Below, piece by piece: positions 39,616-51,203 of a stretch of DNA of 64,000 nucleotides. The position numbers were made by a program, and so were the translations under genes. The stretch lies in the NCBI GenBank assembly GCA_965112155.1, contig OZ218100.1; one strand, 5' to 3'. The stretch is from Podarcis liolepis (Eukaryota). How positions within the stretch are numbered: the first letter of the stretch is position 1; every line of letters begins with the position of its first letter. The notes under the pieces were generated by a model, which saw nothing but the letters and a program-made list of their open reading frames with translations, ran no database searches and was not told the DNA's origin.

Positions 39616-40884
39616 TATATGTTAAATGAGTATAGGAAGATCACGTTTCTGCAAGAATTGAGATGGAGGAGAAATCCATTGAGCTGCATTTTCAAGAAAA
39701 CTGTCCTCATTCACAAGTCTTGACTCAATCAGAAAACACACTTCTCTGAATTTTGCAATACAAAATAATGGTTTAAAATAATGAACACAAAAATGTTACT
39801 TTTATGGGGAAATGTGTACAAAATGCATATTTCAGGGAAAGAATGGGTGCAAAATGTGCACAATTTAAATTTTGATTTTGGTGTGTGGTTGTTAAGATAA
39901 TCTGTAAAGAAAATCCACCTGAACATACCTATGATTAAGCACACTGAAGGGAAGTAGGCTTTTTTACCCATCCTTTGAAAAATGCACACAACACCATTAA
40001 ACAATAATAGATGTTTGTATGATCATGGAGCTAGGAGATCCATGTATTGCAACTCTTCCCCTTCTCCCTTGATGAAACCACATCTGCATCGCACATATTT
40101 TTATAGATTTTGCATCCAGAATATTCAAGGAAAGGAATAGAAACAAGCAAGGCTCACTATACACCTGAGAAAAGAATTCTGCTCCCTTTCTAGTTACCAC
40201 CACTAGCTCAATGCAGCAAATTTCTCCCCTAATTGCTCTACAAAAGGTGATTGTGGTGGTGGTGGTGAGGATTTTGCACTGAGATTTCCACTGGAAAGCT
40301 AATAGTTTAGGAATGCAGTTAATGGGTTAATTCGCCATGAGTTAGCAGAGATGACTCATTCCCCCACAATGCACCTCAGGCATCTTGTTACTCTCTTATT
40401 GGGCTACTGGGCTGATTTGGCAAGTAACTGTGTATAAAAGGGCTCCGGTTACAGCATCATGGTTGGGGACTGCAGGAGTTGTTGAAGGCTAGCTGTTGAA
40501 ACTGTGGAGTTGAGGGAAGACTTTTTGAAGAGATCTGAGGAAGAAGTTGGAAATTTCAGAATTCAGAGAACTCGTATCAGTTGCAGGACTTTGCAGGCAA
40601 CTGAACTGGCTATGGACTTTAATACAGCAAGAACTCAGAAGCAAAGAACCCTCTCTGGGCTCAGTGAGAGATGGCTAATGTACGGTCTTAAATAGTGTGT
40701 GTATGTAGCCTGGTATGTGTTGTTTGCTTAGTAAAGACAGCTTTGCTAAATGGCTGTTTCCCGTGGTGAGCTTAACCACTTAACTGAGCTTCTCCAGCAC
40801 ATATACACAACTCCAACACAATTCCATGCACACGTTTGCAAATTAAACCCACACCATGTTTAGTATTGAACTAAAATTAAAGGG

Positions 40885-41031
40885 GGACGACAGAGGACGA
40901 GATGGTTGGACAGTGTTCTCGAAGCTACAAACATGTGTCTGATCAAACTGCAGGAGGCAGTGGAAGACAGGAGTGCCTGGCGTGCTCTGGTCCAGGGGGT
41001 CACGAAGAGTCGGACACGACTAAACAACAAC
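40885..41031 (+). mobile_element. short BovB/RTE 3' insertion
   Basis: gacagaggacgagatggttggacag...cggacacgactaaacaacaac; perfect 12-bp TSD aaaattaaaggg (40873-84, 41032-43). Confidence 0.92.
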
Positions 41032-41877
41032 AAAATTAAAGGGAGAGAAATGTCAGCAACGAGTGACATACGTTAAGCATCCCTTGCTCCTGAAATTTTC
41101 TTAGAAATTTCTCTTCCACTCTGCAAAAAAAAAAAGGGGGGGAGAGGGGGATTTGCCAGGGATATGGTAATGAATTGATATGCAAAAATGGAAGAGGAAT
41201 CACAGCTCACCACTAGCTGGCATTGAGTCTTCTCCTGCATGGCCACTCAAGGTAACACACATTTTCTTTCCTTTGCACCAGGACAAAATACCACTCCATC
41301 CCTGCGAATAATATGACATATTTAAATTTGCTTTAGCATCTACTGTATATGTAGTGTTTACCTGGATTTAAAGTTGAGATTGGTTTTTTTAAAAAGCTGA
41401 TGCTTTGTGCATAAGGGACTCCACAGCACCTTTATAGGAAGGATTTGGCTAGTTCAGATCGAGGTTAGAGATGCTGGAAATGAGGCCTCTGATGCAGGCA
41501 TGTCCCCTGGTGTTTTCCTTCTGGTCAGAAAGAAATTATTATTCTGTTTTGTTTTGGAGAAATCCTTGATAATTTTGGGTGTTCACACACTCTTACATTA
41601 TATCCCTTTGGTGTGGGGACTAATAGATGGACAACAAAAGTGAATTCTGTAAGCTAGTGGGTAGGAGACTTACACTGAAAAGCTAGAAAGACAAATACCA
41701 CATACTACTTAGTGGTCTGAATATCTCACTGCCCTTTCTATGTTTAAATGCATGGATTAGAATTGTCAGTCTCATTTAAATACCTATTTGGACACATGGA
41801 TGGCCTGTTTGTTTAAATTAGGACTGATATGTTTAAATTAGGACTGACTGAATACTCTTTTTGTTATATAATAACTT

Positions 41878-42020
41878 ATAATAATAATTTATTATTTATA
41901 CCCCGCCCATCTGGCTGGGTTTCCCCAGCCACTCTGGGTGGCTCCCAACCGAATATTAAAAACACAATACAGCATTAAACATTAAAAACTTCCCTGAACA
42001 GGGCTGCTTTCAGATGTCTT
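41878..42020 (-). mobile_element. L2 3' terminus
   Basis: tttataccccgcccatctggctgggtttccccagccactctggg...cagggctgctttcagatg, as at 36369. Confidence 0.8.
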
Positions 42021-43005
42021 AATAATAATAATTTACCTGTAAGTGTTCTTCTCTTCTCTTCTCTTCTCTTCCTGCTGTATCTTCAAACACATGAAGATAT
42101 AACACATAAATTGTGGACAATGGATCTTTTCTCTGTTCAAATTTGTGCCCTCAAATAAACTTTGGGACACATCAATCTGGCCACAGGTGAGAGAACTGCG
42201 TGTTATACACCTGAGCTGTAATCCCATATATAGTCTGCCTCACTTTCAATGTGTTTTAAACCCCAAAGCTCAGTGCTGGATTTTGCCCCTTGGTTATTCC
42301 ATTTTTTGCCAGAGCAGCAGAAGGGGACTTGATTCTGGCCTCTGCTATTGGCTTATACCTAGCCTTCAGTTCAGCCTGATGACAACCCAGGATTACTAGC
42401 CAAAAGGCTCGTTCTGAACATACAAGCATAGCCAGACAAATGAGTGTGAATCTTTTCATACTCCTCAAAGGAATTTATTTATTTTATTGAAATCAGAAAA
42501 CAGGCAGATACATCTTAAAGAAGTGAATATGAGGAGAGTGGGAACAAGGGAATAAGATAATTCCCCCCTCCTTCCCACCACACTGACATATCCAATTGGG
42601 AGAACAGTACAAAAACTTGGGGTGTGAGGAGCGACAACAGAATGGCATGAATGCCTGCTATTAAAAAGTAGGCGTAGCTGGAGGAGATGCTAACATGCTT
42701 TTGTCTTTGCTGAAAGGGATGGAATTTTTATAAGTTCAGATCCTAAGGGAGAAGAAAGGCATTGCTGTGCTGTGTCGTGCTGCAGTAAGAGCGGTTTAGC
42801 AACCACAGGCCTGCAGTTCACATTGATGCATATTTTTATTTTTTATTACATTTCTATACTGCCCTTCCTACAAGGATCACAGGATGGTTTACAATATAAA
42901 AAACCCTTAGCTAATGTATGTATTTACATGTGTATGTACTCGGAATGCTCACAAAATATTTTCCCATCCAAATGTATGAGGTTTGGAATTATTTTGGTGT
43001 TGCTT

Positions 43006-43315
43006 CAGGGCTGGATTTAGGTTTGATGAGGCCCTAAGCTATTGAAGGTAATGGGGCCTTTTATATGTCCAACTGTCCTTTGTCAACAACAAATTGTTGC
43101 TGTTTTTTGTGTTGAATATATGGTAATTTATGGACCTAATAGGTATCTAAAGCCATTTGCCACTGTTGCTGTAGGTAGGTTTTATTTTATTTGTTTTTTA
43201 TCTTATATTTTGGAAATGTACATCCAGTTTTTTCCCCTTTAATTTTTTTGGGGGCCCCCAAGAGAGTGGGGCCCTAAGCTATAGCTTGTTTAGCTTATAC
43301 GTAAATCCGGCACCG
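43006..43315. mobile_element. hAT MITE
   Basis: TIRs CAGGGCTGGATTTA / TAAATCCGGCACCG; perfect 8-bp TSD TGTTGCTT; subterminal GGCCC motifs. Confidence 0.92.
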
Positions 43316-43704
43316 TGTTGCTTATCAAACCCTTCTCCCATTTTCAAACATTTTTGGGCTTCAGTTTGCTGCTCCTCAGGCCTGTCTTTCCCATCAAGAC
43401 ACTTTAGAGGCCACTAATGCACTGGAGTGCAAATGCACGTTGACGAAATCACAGAGCAAAGCGGGATTCTGCTGTCACCAGGGTGCTCCTGGCAAACACT
43501 TTCAATTGCTTTGTCTGCCTTGTCCTAAGTGAAGTTGTCACAAAGCCGATGCTGATTGGCCACTTTTAGCGCTGTGATAATCAGACAGTTGCTTTTACAA
43601 GTTTTTGCATCAGGTTTTAAATCAAGTTTAGTTAGGCACTCATGCACAGTGGTCACCTGTAAGGAGAAAAACAATAGCGTGAGCTAAAAAGTGCTGCGCA
43701 AGGT

Positions 43705-43741
<37 letters not shown>

Positions 43742-44215
43742 CACAATTCTGAGATTAAATTTAGAAATTTTCTATGCCAAGCCTAAAAGCAGGAAGAGGG
43801 GAATACAAGGCACAGAATAATAGAATAATCCACTCATCCCTAAAAACCTGGGCTGGTCCAAGACATGTTGCCCATTGAGGTAGAATGGCCATAGCTCCAT
43901 ACATGGAGAATGTTCCAGGTTCAATCCCCAGGTTTTGTTTTGTCTTTGGCCCTGCCCACTTGTGCCCACCCTCTTCAGTCTCTGACCTCACCCACTTCTG
44001 CATCTCCCCCCACCCACCCTTAGAATGCGACCCTCAGAAGTTTGGCCACCTTAAAATCCTGCCCTCAGGCTTCCAGTTCCTGGCGCTGACAATACTGAGC
44101 TAGACGAATCAAAGGCCGGTCTTAGTAAAAAGTTTCCCACACTCCTATGTTGCCCCCTCTCCTCCAAGAAGGTGCAGGCATTGTATCCAAATGCCCTAGT
44201 CAACTTAGTTTAGAC

Positions 44216-44536
44216 CAGGGGTCAGCAACCTTTTCCAGCCCTGGGCCGGTCCACCATCCCTCAGACCATGTGGTGGGCTGGACTATATTTTGAAAAAAAA
44301 TATGAACGAATTCCTATGCCCCACAAATAACCCAGAAATGCATTTTAAATAAAAGCACACATTCTACTCATGTAAAAACACCAGGCAGGCCCCACAAATG
44401 ACCCAGAGATGCATTTTAAATAAAAGGACACATTCTACTCATGTAAAAACACGCTGATTCCCAAACCGTCCACGAGCTGGATTTAGAAGGCAATTGGGCT
44501 GGATCTGGCCCCTGGACCTTAGATTGCCTACCCCTG
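44216..44536. mobile_element. hAT (Charlie-like) MITE
   Basis: TIRs CAGGGGTCAGCAA / TTGCCTACCCCTG; perfect 8-bp TSD GTTTAGAC; internal ~70-bp direct repeat. Confidence 0.93.
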
Positions 44537-45376
44537 GTTTAGACTGTATTTCTTTCTGAAGGAATAAAAAGTGCAATAGTCACTTGCTGGGAGCACCAGA
44601 AACCACAATGACACTGGAATTTAGGGAGTTCGTGAACCAATTTAGGATGATTTGTGAATGGCAGAACCTGACACCGGAATGCAAGAACCTCACCCAAATT
44701 ACTCCTGTTTGTACATAGAGCCAATGCACACCCCTAGTTAAAATAACAACACAGTAATAATAAACCGAATAACTAAGAATAGGTGGAACAATCTGACCTC
44801 CCCCCACAATTGAGTGGATTGAGTGGACAGGTTGTCTGCAACCTGCCAATCACCAAATGTGTATGCAAGAGGCATCCTGGTGATATCCCAGTTGGTGGTG
44901 GTCAGAGGAATGCCCCCAAACGGGGGCTTTCTGAAGGAGGGGAGAGCTCTGCTGGATACTGAGCTAATTTCACTGTTGATGGCATCAGACCTGTTCCACA
45001 CCCTGGAGGAGGGTTGGACCCAATTGTTTGTGTCCTTCCCCCCACCAGCTTTCGCTGTGGTTGCCACAGGCCTCCAGGTTGCAAATACGGCTATGCCACT
45101 CATCAGAGCCCTGCTGGCACAGATTGGGGGGGGGGGTTAGCTTGCACCCTTAGCTATTCAGTTTGTTTATTCCCAAAATCAATTGTCCGAGCCACTCTGC
45201 CTCATGGTAGGGCTGCCCTTAGTGAGTGATATTATCTCAGCCATAGGAACACACATGACGCTTTCATTAATGGGGCAGGGACTTGGTTGCAGTGCCAGGA
45301 TGTACGGTTTTCCTGTTTGCAAAATTGATTTATTTATAGAGCAAAGTGAATGAGAATCCCTCTCACTCCTCCCAGG

Positions 45377-45380
<4 letters not shown>

Positions 45381-45439
<59 letters not shown>

Positions 45440-45440
45440 T
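45381..45440. repeat. compound (CT)n(GT)n microsatellite
   Basis: read directly from sequence. Confidence 0.97.
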
Positions 45441-46091
45441 TTTATGGCTCCCCAGCTCAGAAGTGCAATAACTTTTCTACCAGAGAATGTAATTTCTCCC
45501 ACATCTTTATATATAGCTGCAGCATGAGAGATCGTTTGCTAAATATATGAAAAGCAAAAACAAAATGCCCTCAGTCTGCAGCTTGAGGTTTTCTTTCAGT
45601 GGCTTTCACCAGCCCACAAATCCATCAACAGACATGCACAAATGCATCTGTGGCTAAGAGTCCTGACCTGTCCAGACAAATAAATTAGAGGGAAGGCAAA
45701 CAGATTCACGTATTTTATTGCATTTATTTATTTTTGGTAAACAACCATCCTCTGTGGTGGTTTGTTTGTTTTTTAGTCCTCCTTGCAAAAATATTCACTT
45801 ACTTATCTCTCTCACATTCTCTCTCAATGAAAGTACCGCACAGCCAAATCTCGTTGGCCATGGAGTACTGTGATATTATCCCATAATACTGCGTGATCCC
45901 TGATTGAGTTGGACCACTGATGTGGAAATAGCTCCAAAAAAGCATGCACCAGAGGAAGCAGTAATGCTGAAAAGGGTTTTTAAAAGGTAAATATTGCAGA
46001 ATCGACTTTTTTAAAAAAATGAAAAGGTTCTGCCCTAAATTGCTAGAATCAACACAAAACTTAAAACTGGATATTTGGTGCTGCTTTAGAT

Positions 46092-46211
46092 ATCATAGAT
46101 TATAAATTATAGAATCATAGAGCTGTAGAGTTGAAAAACACCACAAGGGTCATCTAGTCCAACCCCCCAATTCCCAATGTGGGAATTGAACCACGACCCT
46201 GAGATTATGAG
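46092..46211 (-). mobile_element. tRNA-Lys-derived SINE with CR1-type tail: 3' part
   Basis: agaatcatagag...gggtcatctagtccaacccc (CR1 tail, reverse) joined to cccaatgtgggaattgaaccacgaccctgagattatgag, the reverse complement of a tRNA-Lys(CTT)-like 3' half. Confidence 0.85.
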
Positions 46212-47599
46212 CAGGGCCAGATTTAGTAGCAGGGCCCTAGGCTACTCCCCTTGTGAGGCCCCTCCCCATCCCCACCCTCACGGCTAGAAGAAAATGTTAT
46301 AAACAAAACTGAGTGAAGCCAAGGATGATGACAGATATTTAAAATTCTGCAATTCACAATTTCTCCTCTAAAGGACATTGTTAAATGTTACTGTTAAATA
46401 CCATGGTGATTTTTAAAAAAAGGCATAAATGTTAAAATTAACACTGAAAAACTTTTGAAATAACTGAACTTTGTAAGCCTTTTATGGAATAAGCATTAAT
46501 TTTTAGGAAAATGAAGTTGTAATGTTATTCTTAAAAAAACAACACCTTGAGTTTACAAATTATATTGCCCGGGAAGTGTAAATAATATGATCATAGTTAC
46601 CTGACAGTGTGGCACTTTTAGAATCTATTTCATGTTGTCATCAAACAGTCATTTAAGGAGACTGAGGATTAGAAACCGCCTTCTCACGTCTTCCCTGTTT
46701 GGATGTTCAGATTGTTTGGGGTGATCAAAAACTACTACAGAGGCTTTAAATATCACATTACAGGGGTAAGATGGAGCTTATCCACAACTTTCCCCATCAG
46801 ATGCACACTGAGCCGAAAGAACTGATTTCCCAGCACCTGTCCTGCAGTTAAGATATATCATGTGATTTTTAAGAAATATGCTCCTTGCTTGTCTACTCAC
46901 TCAAATGACATTAAAATTAGTCAAAACAAACAAATGAGAACTACAAAGGACCCCAGAGCTCAAAAATAAGCTTCAAGCTGCCTTGGGAGACAGGTAGGGT
47001 GGCTTCTCACCTGCATTTTGATTTCTGCTTTGAAAGAGGTAGAGATTCATAAGTTGTCAAAGAGAAAGAGTACTTGTTCATTTGTAGTCTCCAGTCCCCC
47101 AAATTGCAAATCAATCGGTATAATGCAAAGGACACCTCTTTTTCTTGTCTTACTAGATCTTGGGCTGCCTCCAGTTTTAGGGAGACACATGTTCCCCGAA
47201 AGAAACGATGTTTTAATTTAGCCGAAGGTCAAATTGCTGCTTCTCAAGAAACAGCAGAACCTGGGTTGTCAATGAGAAAGAGTGCTTGCTCATCTTCTAG
47301 TTTCCAGTCCCCAAAATTGCAAATCTGTCAGGATATTGCGAAGAGCACCTGTTCTTCTCATCTTGCTAGATCTCGAGCTGCCTCAACTTCTAAAATGGTA
47401 GACATTCCCCCCAAGAACCTATGTAGTCCTTTAGGCAAAAGTCCAGTAGTACCTGTAAGAAGCAACAGTAGTATTTTGTTCTCACGAGGAGCTTTGTGCA
47501 GAATTGCAAAAAGAAATTGCAGCATCCCAAATAAAGAAAAGTGCTTACAATGTGCAGGGGGGTCGAGAAAAGTCTGCTCTAAAGAGATCGGGACCAAAG

Positions 47600-48310
47600 T
47601 GTAATGAACTGGCAGGACAGCGGAGAGGAGGAAGAGGATACCGGTGAAGGGTGTGGCTGGGACTGGGATGCACCAGGGCAAGCTGGGGATGGGGAAGGGA
47701 GACTGGTATAGGAAGTTCTCTTGGATTGTTGAAGGATGATGAGGGGATGGGGGGGTCAGTGTACAGGAACCAGAGCAGCAGGACGCATCACTAGAGTCAG
47801 AGGAGTCAGAGGGGCCCTGGCTCCATGAACACAGCGGGCTCTGAGGCATAGGAAGCAGTGGGTGGGGCACTCCAGAAGGCTAAGGCAGGCATAGGCAAAC
47901 TTGGCCCTCCAGATGCTTTGGGACTACAGTTCCCATCACCCCTGACCACTGGTCCTGATAGCTAGGGATGATGGGAGTTGTAGGCCAAAAACATCTGGAG
48001 TGTTGGCCTAAGGCAAGCAAGGGCCCAGAGCCCAGCTCCCTAGCTGGCCAGGTGGGGCTCGCTAGCTCTGGGAGGAGGTGTGTGTTTCCTCAGCTAGAGT
48101 AGGCTTGGAACAGGTGAGGGTCACATGCCTTATCAAGCCCAGATGCTGCAATCAGCATGCAAATAAAAAAGGGCAGCAAAGCTAAGGAGCTGTGTCTGTT
48201 CAACTTGGATGCTCCAGGATCTCTGTGGAACTGTGCTTCCTTTGGACACCTGGATTGACTCAGGACTTGACATACTGACTTGCCACCAGGTCTGCCAGGG
48301 GTTCAGGACA
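47600..48310 (+). mobile_element. solo LTR
   Basis: TGTAATGAAC...GTTCAGGACA (TG...CA, 8/10 inverted match); flanks caaag/caaaa; AATAAA at ~48162; interrupts one repeat copy whose uninterrupted form is at 48690-48730. Confidence 0.75.
47886..48005. mobile_element. palindromic hAT-type MITE inside the LTR
   Basis: same family as 21359-21488; TSD ggctaagg/gcctaagg. Confidence 0.8.
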
Positions 48311-48969
48311 CAAAACATCCCAGGAGACTTCTAGGTATGGTTAGCTGTCAGATTGCTGCTTCTGAAGAAACAACTGAACCTGGGTTGTTAATGAGAAATA
48401 ATCTTCTCGTCTCCAGCCCCCAAAATTGCAAATCGAGCAGGATAATGCAAAGGATGCCTCTTCTTCTTGTCTTACTAGATCTCGGGCTGCCTCAACTTCT
48501 AAAATTGCAGGTGTTCTCCCCAAGAACCTATGTAGTCCTTTAGGCAAATGTCCAATAGTACCAATAGTGGCAATCTGTACTTGTGAGGAGCTTCGTGCAG
48601 AATTGCAAAAAGAAACAGCAGCACCACAAATAAAGACAAATGCTTGCAATAGGCAGGAGATTTGGGAAGAGTGTGCTCTAAAGAGATCAGAACCAAAGGT
48701 GGAAACATCCTAGGAGGCTTCTAGGCATGAGAGCTGTCAGGTTGCTGCTTCTGAAGAAACTAGGGAACCTGGACCTTGGGGTACCTCAACTTATAGGGTT
48801 GCAGACACTCCCCAAAAGAAACTATGTATTCATTTAGCCAGAGGTCCAATACCAATAGTAGTAATCCGTATTAAAGAGAGGTTTTATGCAGAATTGCAAA
48901 AAGAAACAGCAGCACCCCAAATAAAGGCAAGTGCTTGCAATGTGTAGGAGAGTCAGGAAGAGCTGTCCA

Positions 48970-48993
48970 TCTCATGCTCTACCAACCGAGCTA
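48970..48993 (-). mobile_element. tRNA-Lys-derived SINE: 5' part
   Basis: tctcatgctctaccaaccgagcta, the reverse complement of TAGCTCGGTTGGTAGAGCATGAGA (A-box/D-arm); continues exactly from 46211. Confidence 0.85.
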
Positions 48994-49244
48994 CTAGTAA
49001 TGATATTACGAAATATCAATTCACCAATATTCATATAAAACACTGTATAAAGTGGTATCAGATGATGGGATGTGTCTGGATACACAGGTAGCAGAGGGTT
49101 ATAGAGATGCTGCCCCAGTTTCGGTGGTGGTGGGCAGGGGAAGGTATAGTCAGAATGGAGGAGTTGACCAGCATCTGGGGCTGTTTCAGTCCACTGACTC
49201 CTCCAGAAGTTACTGAAGTAGCTCATCTGTTGAGCCCTTGGCTC

Positions 49245-49330
49245 TGATGGTGCTGTTAGTGAGTTCCAAGTCAGTCCTTGATAAGGCCATGTTCATCCAC
49301 AAGTCAATCATGGAGGAAGAGGCTGAGACA
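49245..49330 (+). mobile_element. decayed L2/CR1 endonuclease N-terminus
   Basis: VLLVSSKSVLDKAMFIHKSIMEEEAE resembles the LLLNARSV-NK---IHDLI-EE-AD start of L2 ORF2. Confidence 0.45.
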
Positions 49331-49691
49331 GAGGTGCCCTCAAGATTAGGGGGGGCTGGTGCACATCACGTGTGTGTGACATCACACATGTTGTGCGTCG
49401 ACACTGTGCAGGCCGGTGCAGCATTCTGCTAGGCTGTGCTGGTTCCGCAGTGTTGGGAGACACTGCGCAGGCTGCTGTGACCTCACGCCAGGCCAGGCTG
49501 GTCCTTGAGGCATCTCCCAACACCATGCAGCCTTCCACAATGTTATGCGATCCAGACACGCAGATGTTAAAGTGTTTTAAGCTGCCTTAATGCTAATTTT
49601 AATCATTTTTAAAACATTTGTAATTGTTTTTAACTTCCATTATAATCAAATGATATAGAAATTATGATAGTAGATAGGTAGATGATTATGA

Positions 49692-49692
49692 T

Positions 49693-49731
<39 letters not shown>
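49692..49731. repeat. (GATA)n microsatellite
   Basis: read directly from sequence. Confidence 0.95.
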
Positions 49732-50067
49732 GTGTAGATGTAAATTTTATTTCCTGCTCTCTATCAATTTAGGCCAGTAAAGCACTGGACATGTTATTGC
49801 TGGCAGATACACCACAATTTAGGCAACAGGTAGGGCTCTGTTTAAACATATTGATTAGCTTTTATATTTTCTTGAATCTTCATCCTGCAGTTAAATGCCC
49901 ATGTATATCAATGATACAATGATAGAAAAAGTTATTAATCACCAGGACAGCTTCCTGTGGACTATTAATGTTTGTGGGCTCTTTTGTGAAAGTAACTCCA
50001 GACTTTGGGTTAACCTGTTTCAAACTACAGGAATATTTTCCAGAAACCCGCTCAATTGAGAGAATAT

Positions 50068-51203
50068 TTGTTGTCGTTTAGTCGTGTCCGACTCTTTGTG
50101 ACCCCATGGACCAGAGCATGCCAGGCACTCCTGTCTTCCACTGCCTCCCGCAGTTTGGTCAGACTCATGTTTGTAGCTTCGAAAACACTGTCCAACCATC
50201 TCGTCCTCTGTCGTCCCCTTCTCCTTGTGCCCTCCATCTTTCCCAGCATCAGGGTCTTTTCCAGGGAGTCTTCTCTTCTCATGAGGTGGCCAAAGTATTG
50301 GAGCCTCAGCTTCACGATCTGTCCTTCCAGTGAGCACTCAGGGCTGATTTCATTCAGAATGGATACGTTTGATCTTCTTGCAGTCCATGGGACTCTCAAA
50401 AGTCTCTTCCAGCACCATAATTCAAAAGCATCAATTCTTCGGCGATTAGCCTTCTTTATGGACCAGCTCTCACTTCCATACATCACTACTGGGAAAACCA
50501 TAGCTTTTACTATACAGACCTTTGTTGGTAAGGTGATGTCTCTACTTTTTAAGATGCTGTCTAGATTTGCCATCACCTTTCTCCCAAGGAGCAGGCGTCT
50601 TTTAATTTCGTGACTGCTGTAATCATCTGCAGTGATCATAGAGCCCAAGAAAGTAAAATCTCTCACTGCCTCCATTTCTTCCCCTTCTATTTGCCAGGAG
50701 GTGATGGGACCAGTGGCCATGATCTTTGTTTTTTTGATGTTGAGCTTCAGACCATATTTTGCGCTCTTCTCTTTCACCCTCATTAAAAGGTTCTTTAATT
50801 CCTCTTCACTTTCTGCCATCAAGGTTGTGTCATCTGCATATCTGAGGTTGTTGATATTTCTTCTGGCAATCTTAATTCCGGCTTGGGATTCATCCAGCCC
50901 AGCCTTTCGCATGATGAATTCTGCATATAAGTTAAGTAAGCAGGGGGACAATATACAGCCTTGCCATACTCTTTTCCCAATTTTGAACCAATCAGTTGTT
51001 CCATATCCACTTCTAACTGTAGCTTCTTGTCCCACATAGAGATTTCTCAGGAGACAGATGAGGTGATCAGGCACTCCCATTTCTTTAAGAACTTGCCATA
51101 GTTTGCTGTGGTCGACACAGTCAAAGGCTTTTGCATAGTCAATGAAGCAGAAGTAGATGTCTTTCTGGAACTCTCTAGCTTTCTCCATAATCCAGCGCAT
51201 GTT
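50068..51203 (-). mobile_element. 5'-truncated BovB (RTE clade) LINE with an uninterrupted RT/C-terminal frame
   Basis: 382-aa ORF with CFIDYAKAFDCVDH, QGCILSP, NLRYADDTTL, DAFELWCWKRLLRVPWTARRSN; (CAA)-type tail; GAATAT on both flanks (50062-67, 51204-09). Confidence 0.96.

Larger units (their letters stand above)
46212..48969 (+). mobile_element. 2.76-kb one-ended hAT-like element
   Basis: starts CAGGGCCAGATTTAG with GGCCC subterminal motifs like the TSD-flanked MITE at 43006; boundaries set by the split SINE; no right TIR or TSD. Confidence 0.7.
46934..48969 (+). pseudogene. decayed ORF encoding a tandem-repeat protein (interrupted by the LTR at 47600-48310)
   Basis: ATG 46934 (MRTTKDPRAQK*...); repeated peptides QIAASEET-EPG, SPKLQI, TRSRAASTSK, PKNLCSPLGK, AELQKETAAPQIK; 48426-48969 is one frame with two TAG stops where paralogous copies have CAG. 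Confidence 0.6.

Noticed and set aside
46173-48993. Intron-containing or split tRNA gene
   Set aside because: The halves are degenerate, lack a paired acceptor stem and are fused to a CR1 tail, so this is an interrupted SINE.
50056-51039. Plus-strand ORFs of 185 and 135 aa
   Set aside because: Antisense shadows of the BovB RT frame.
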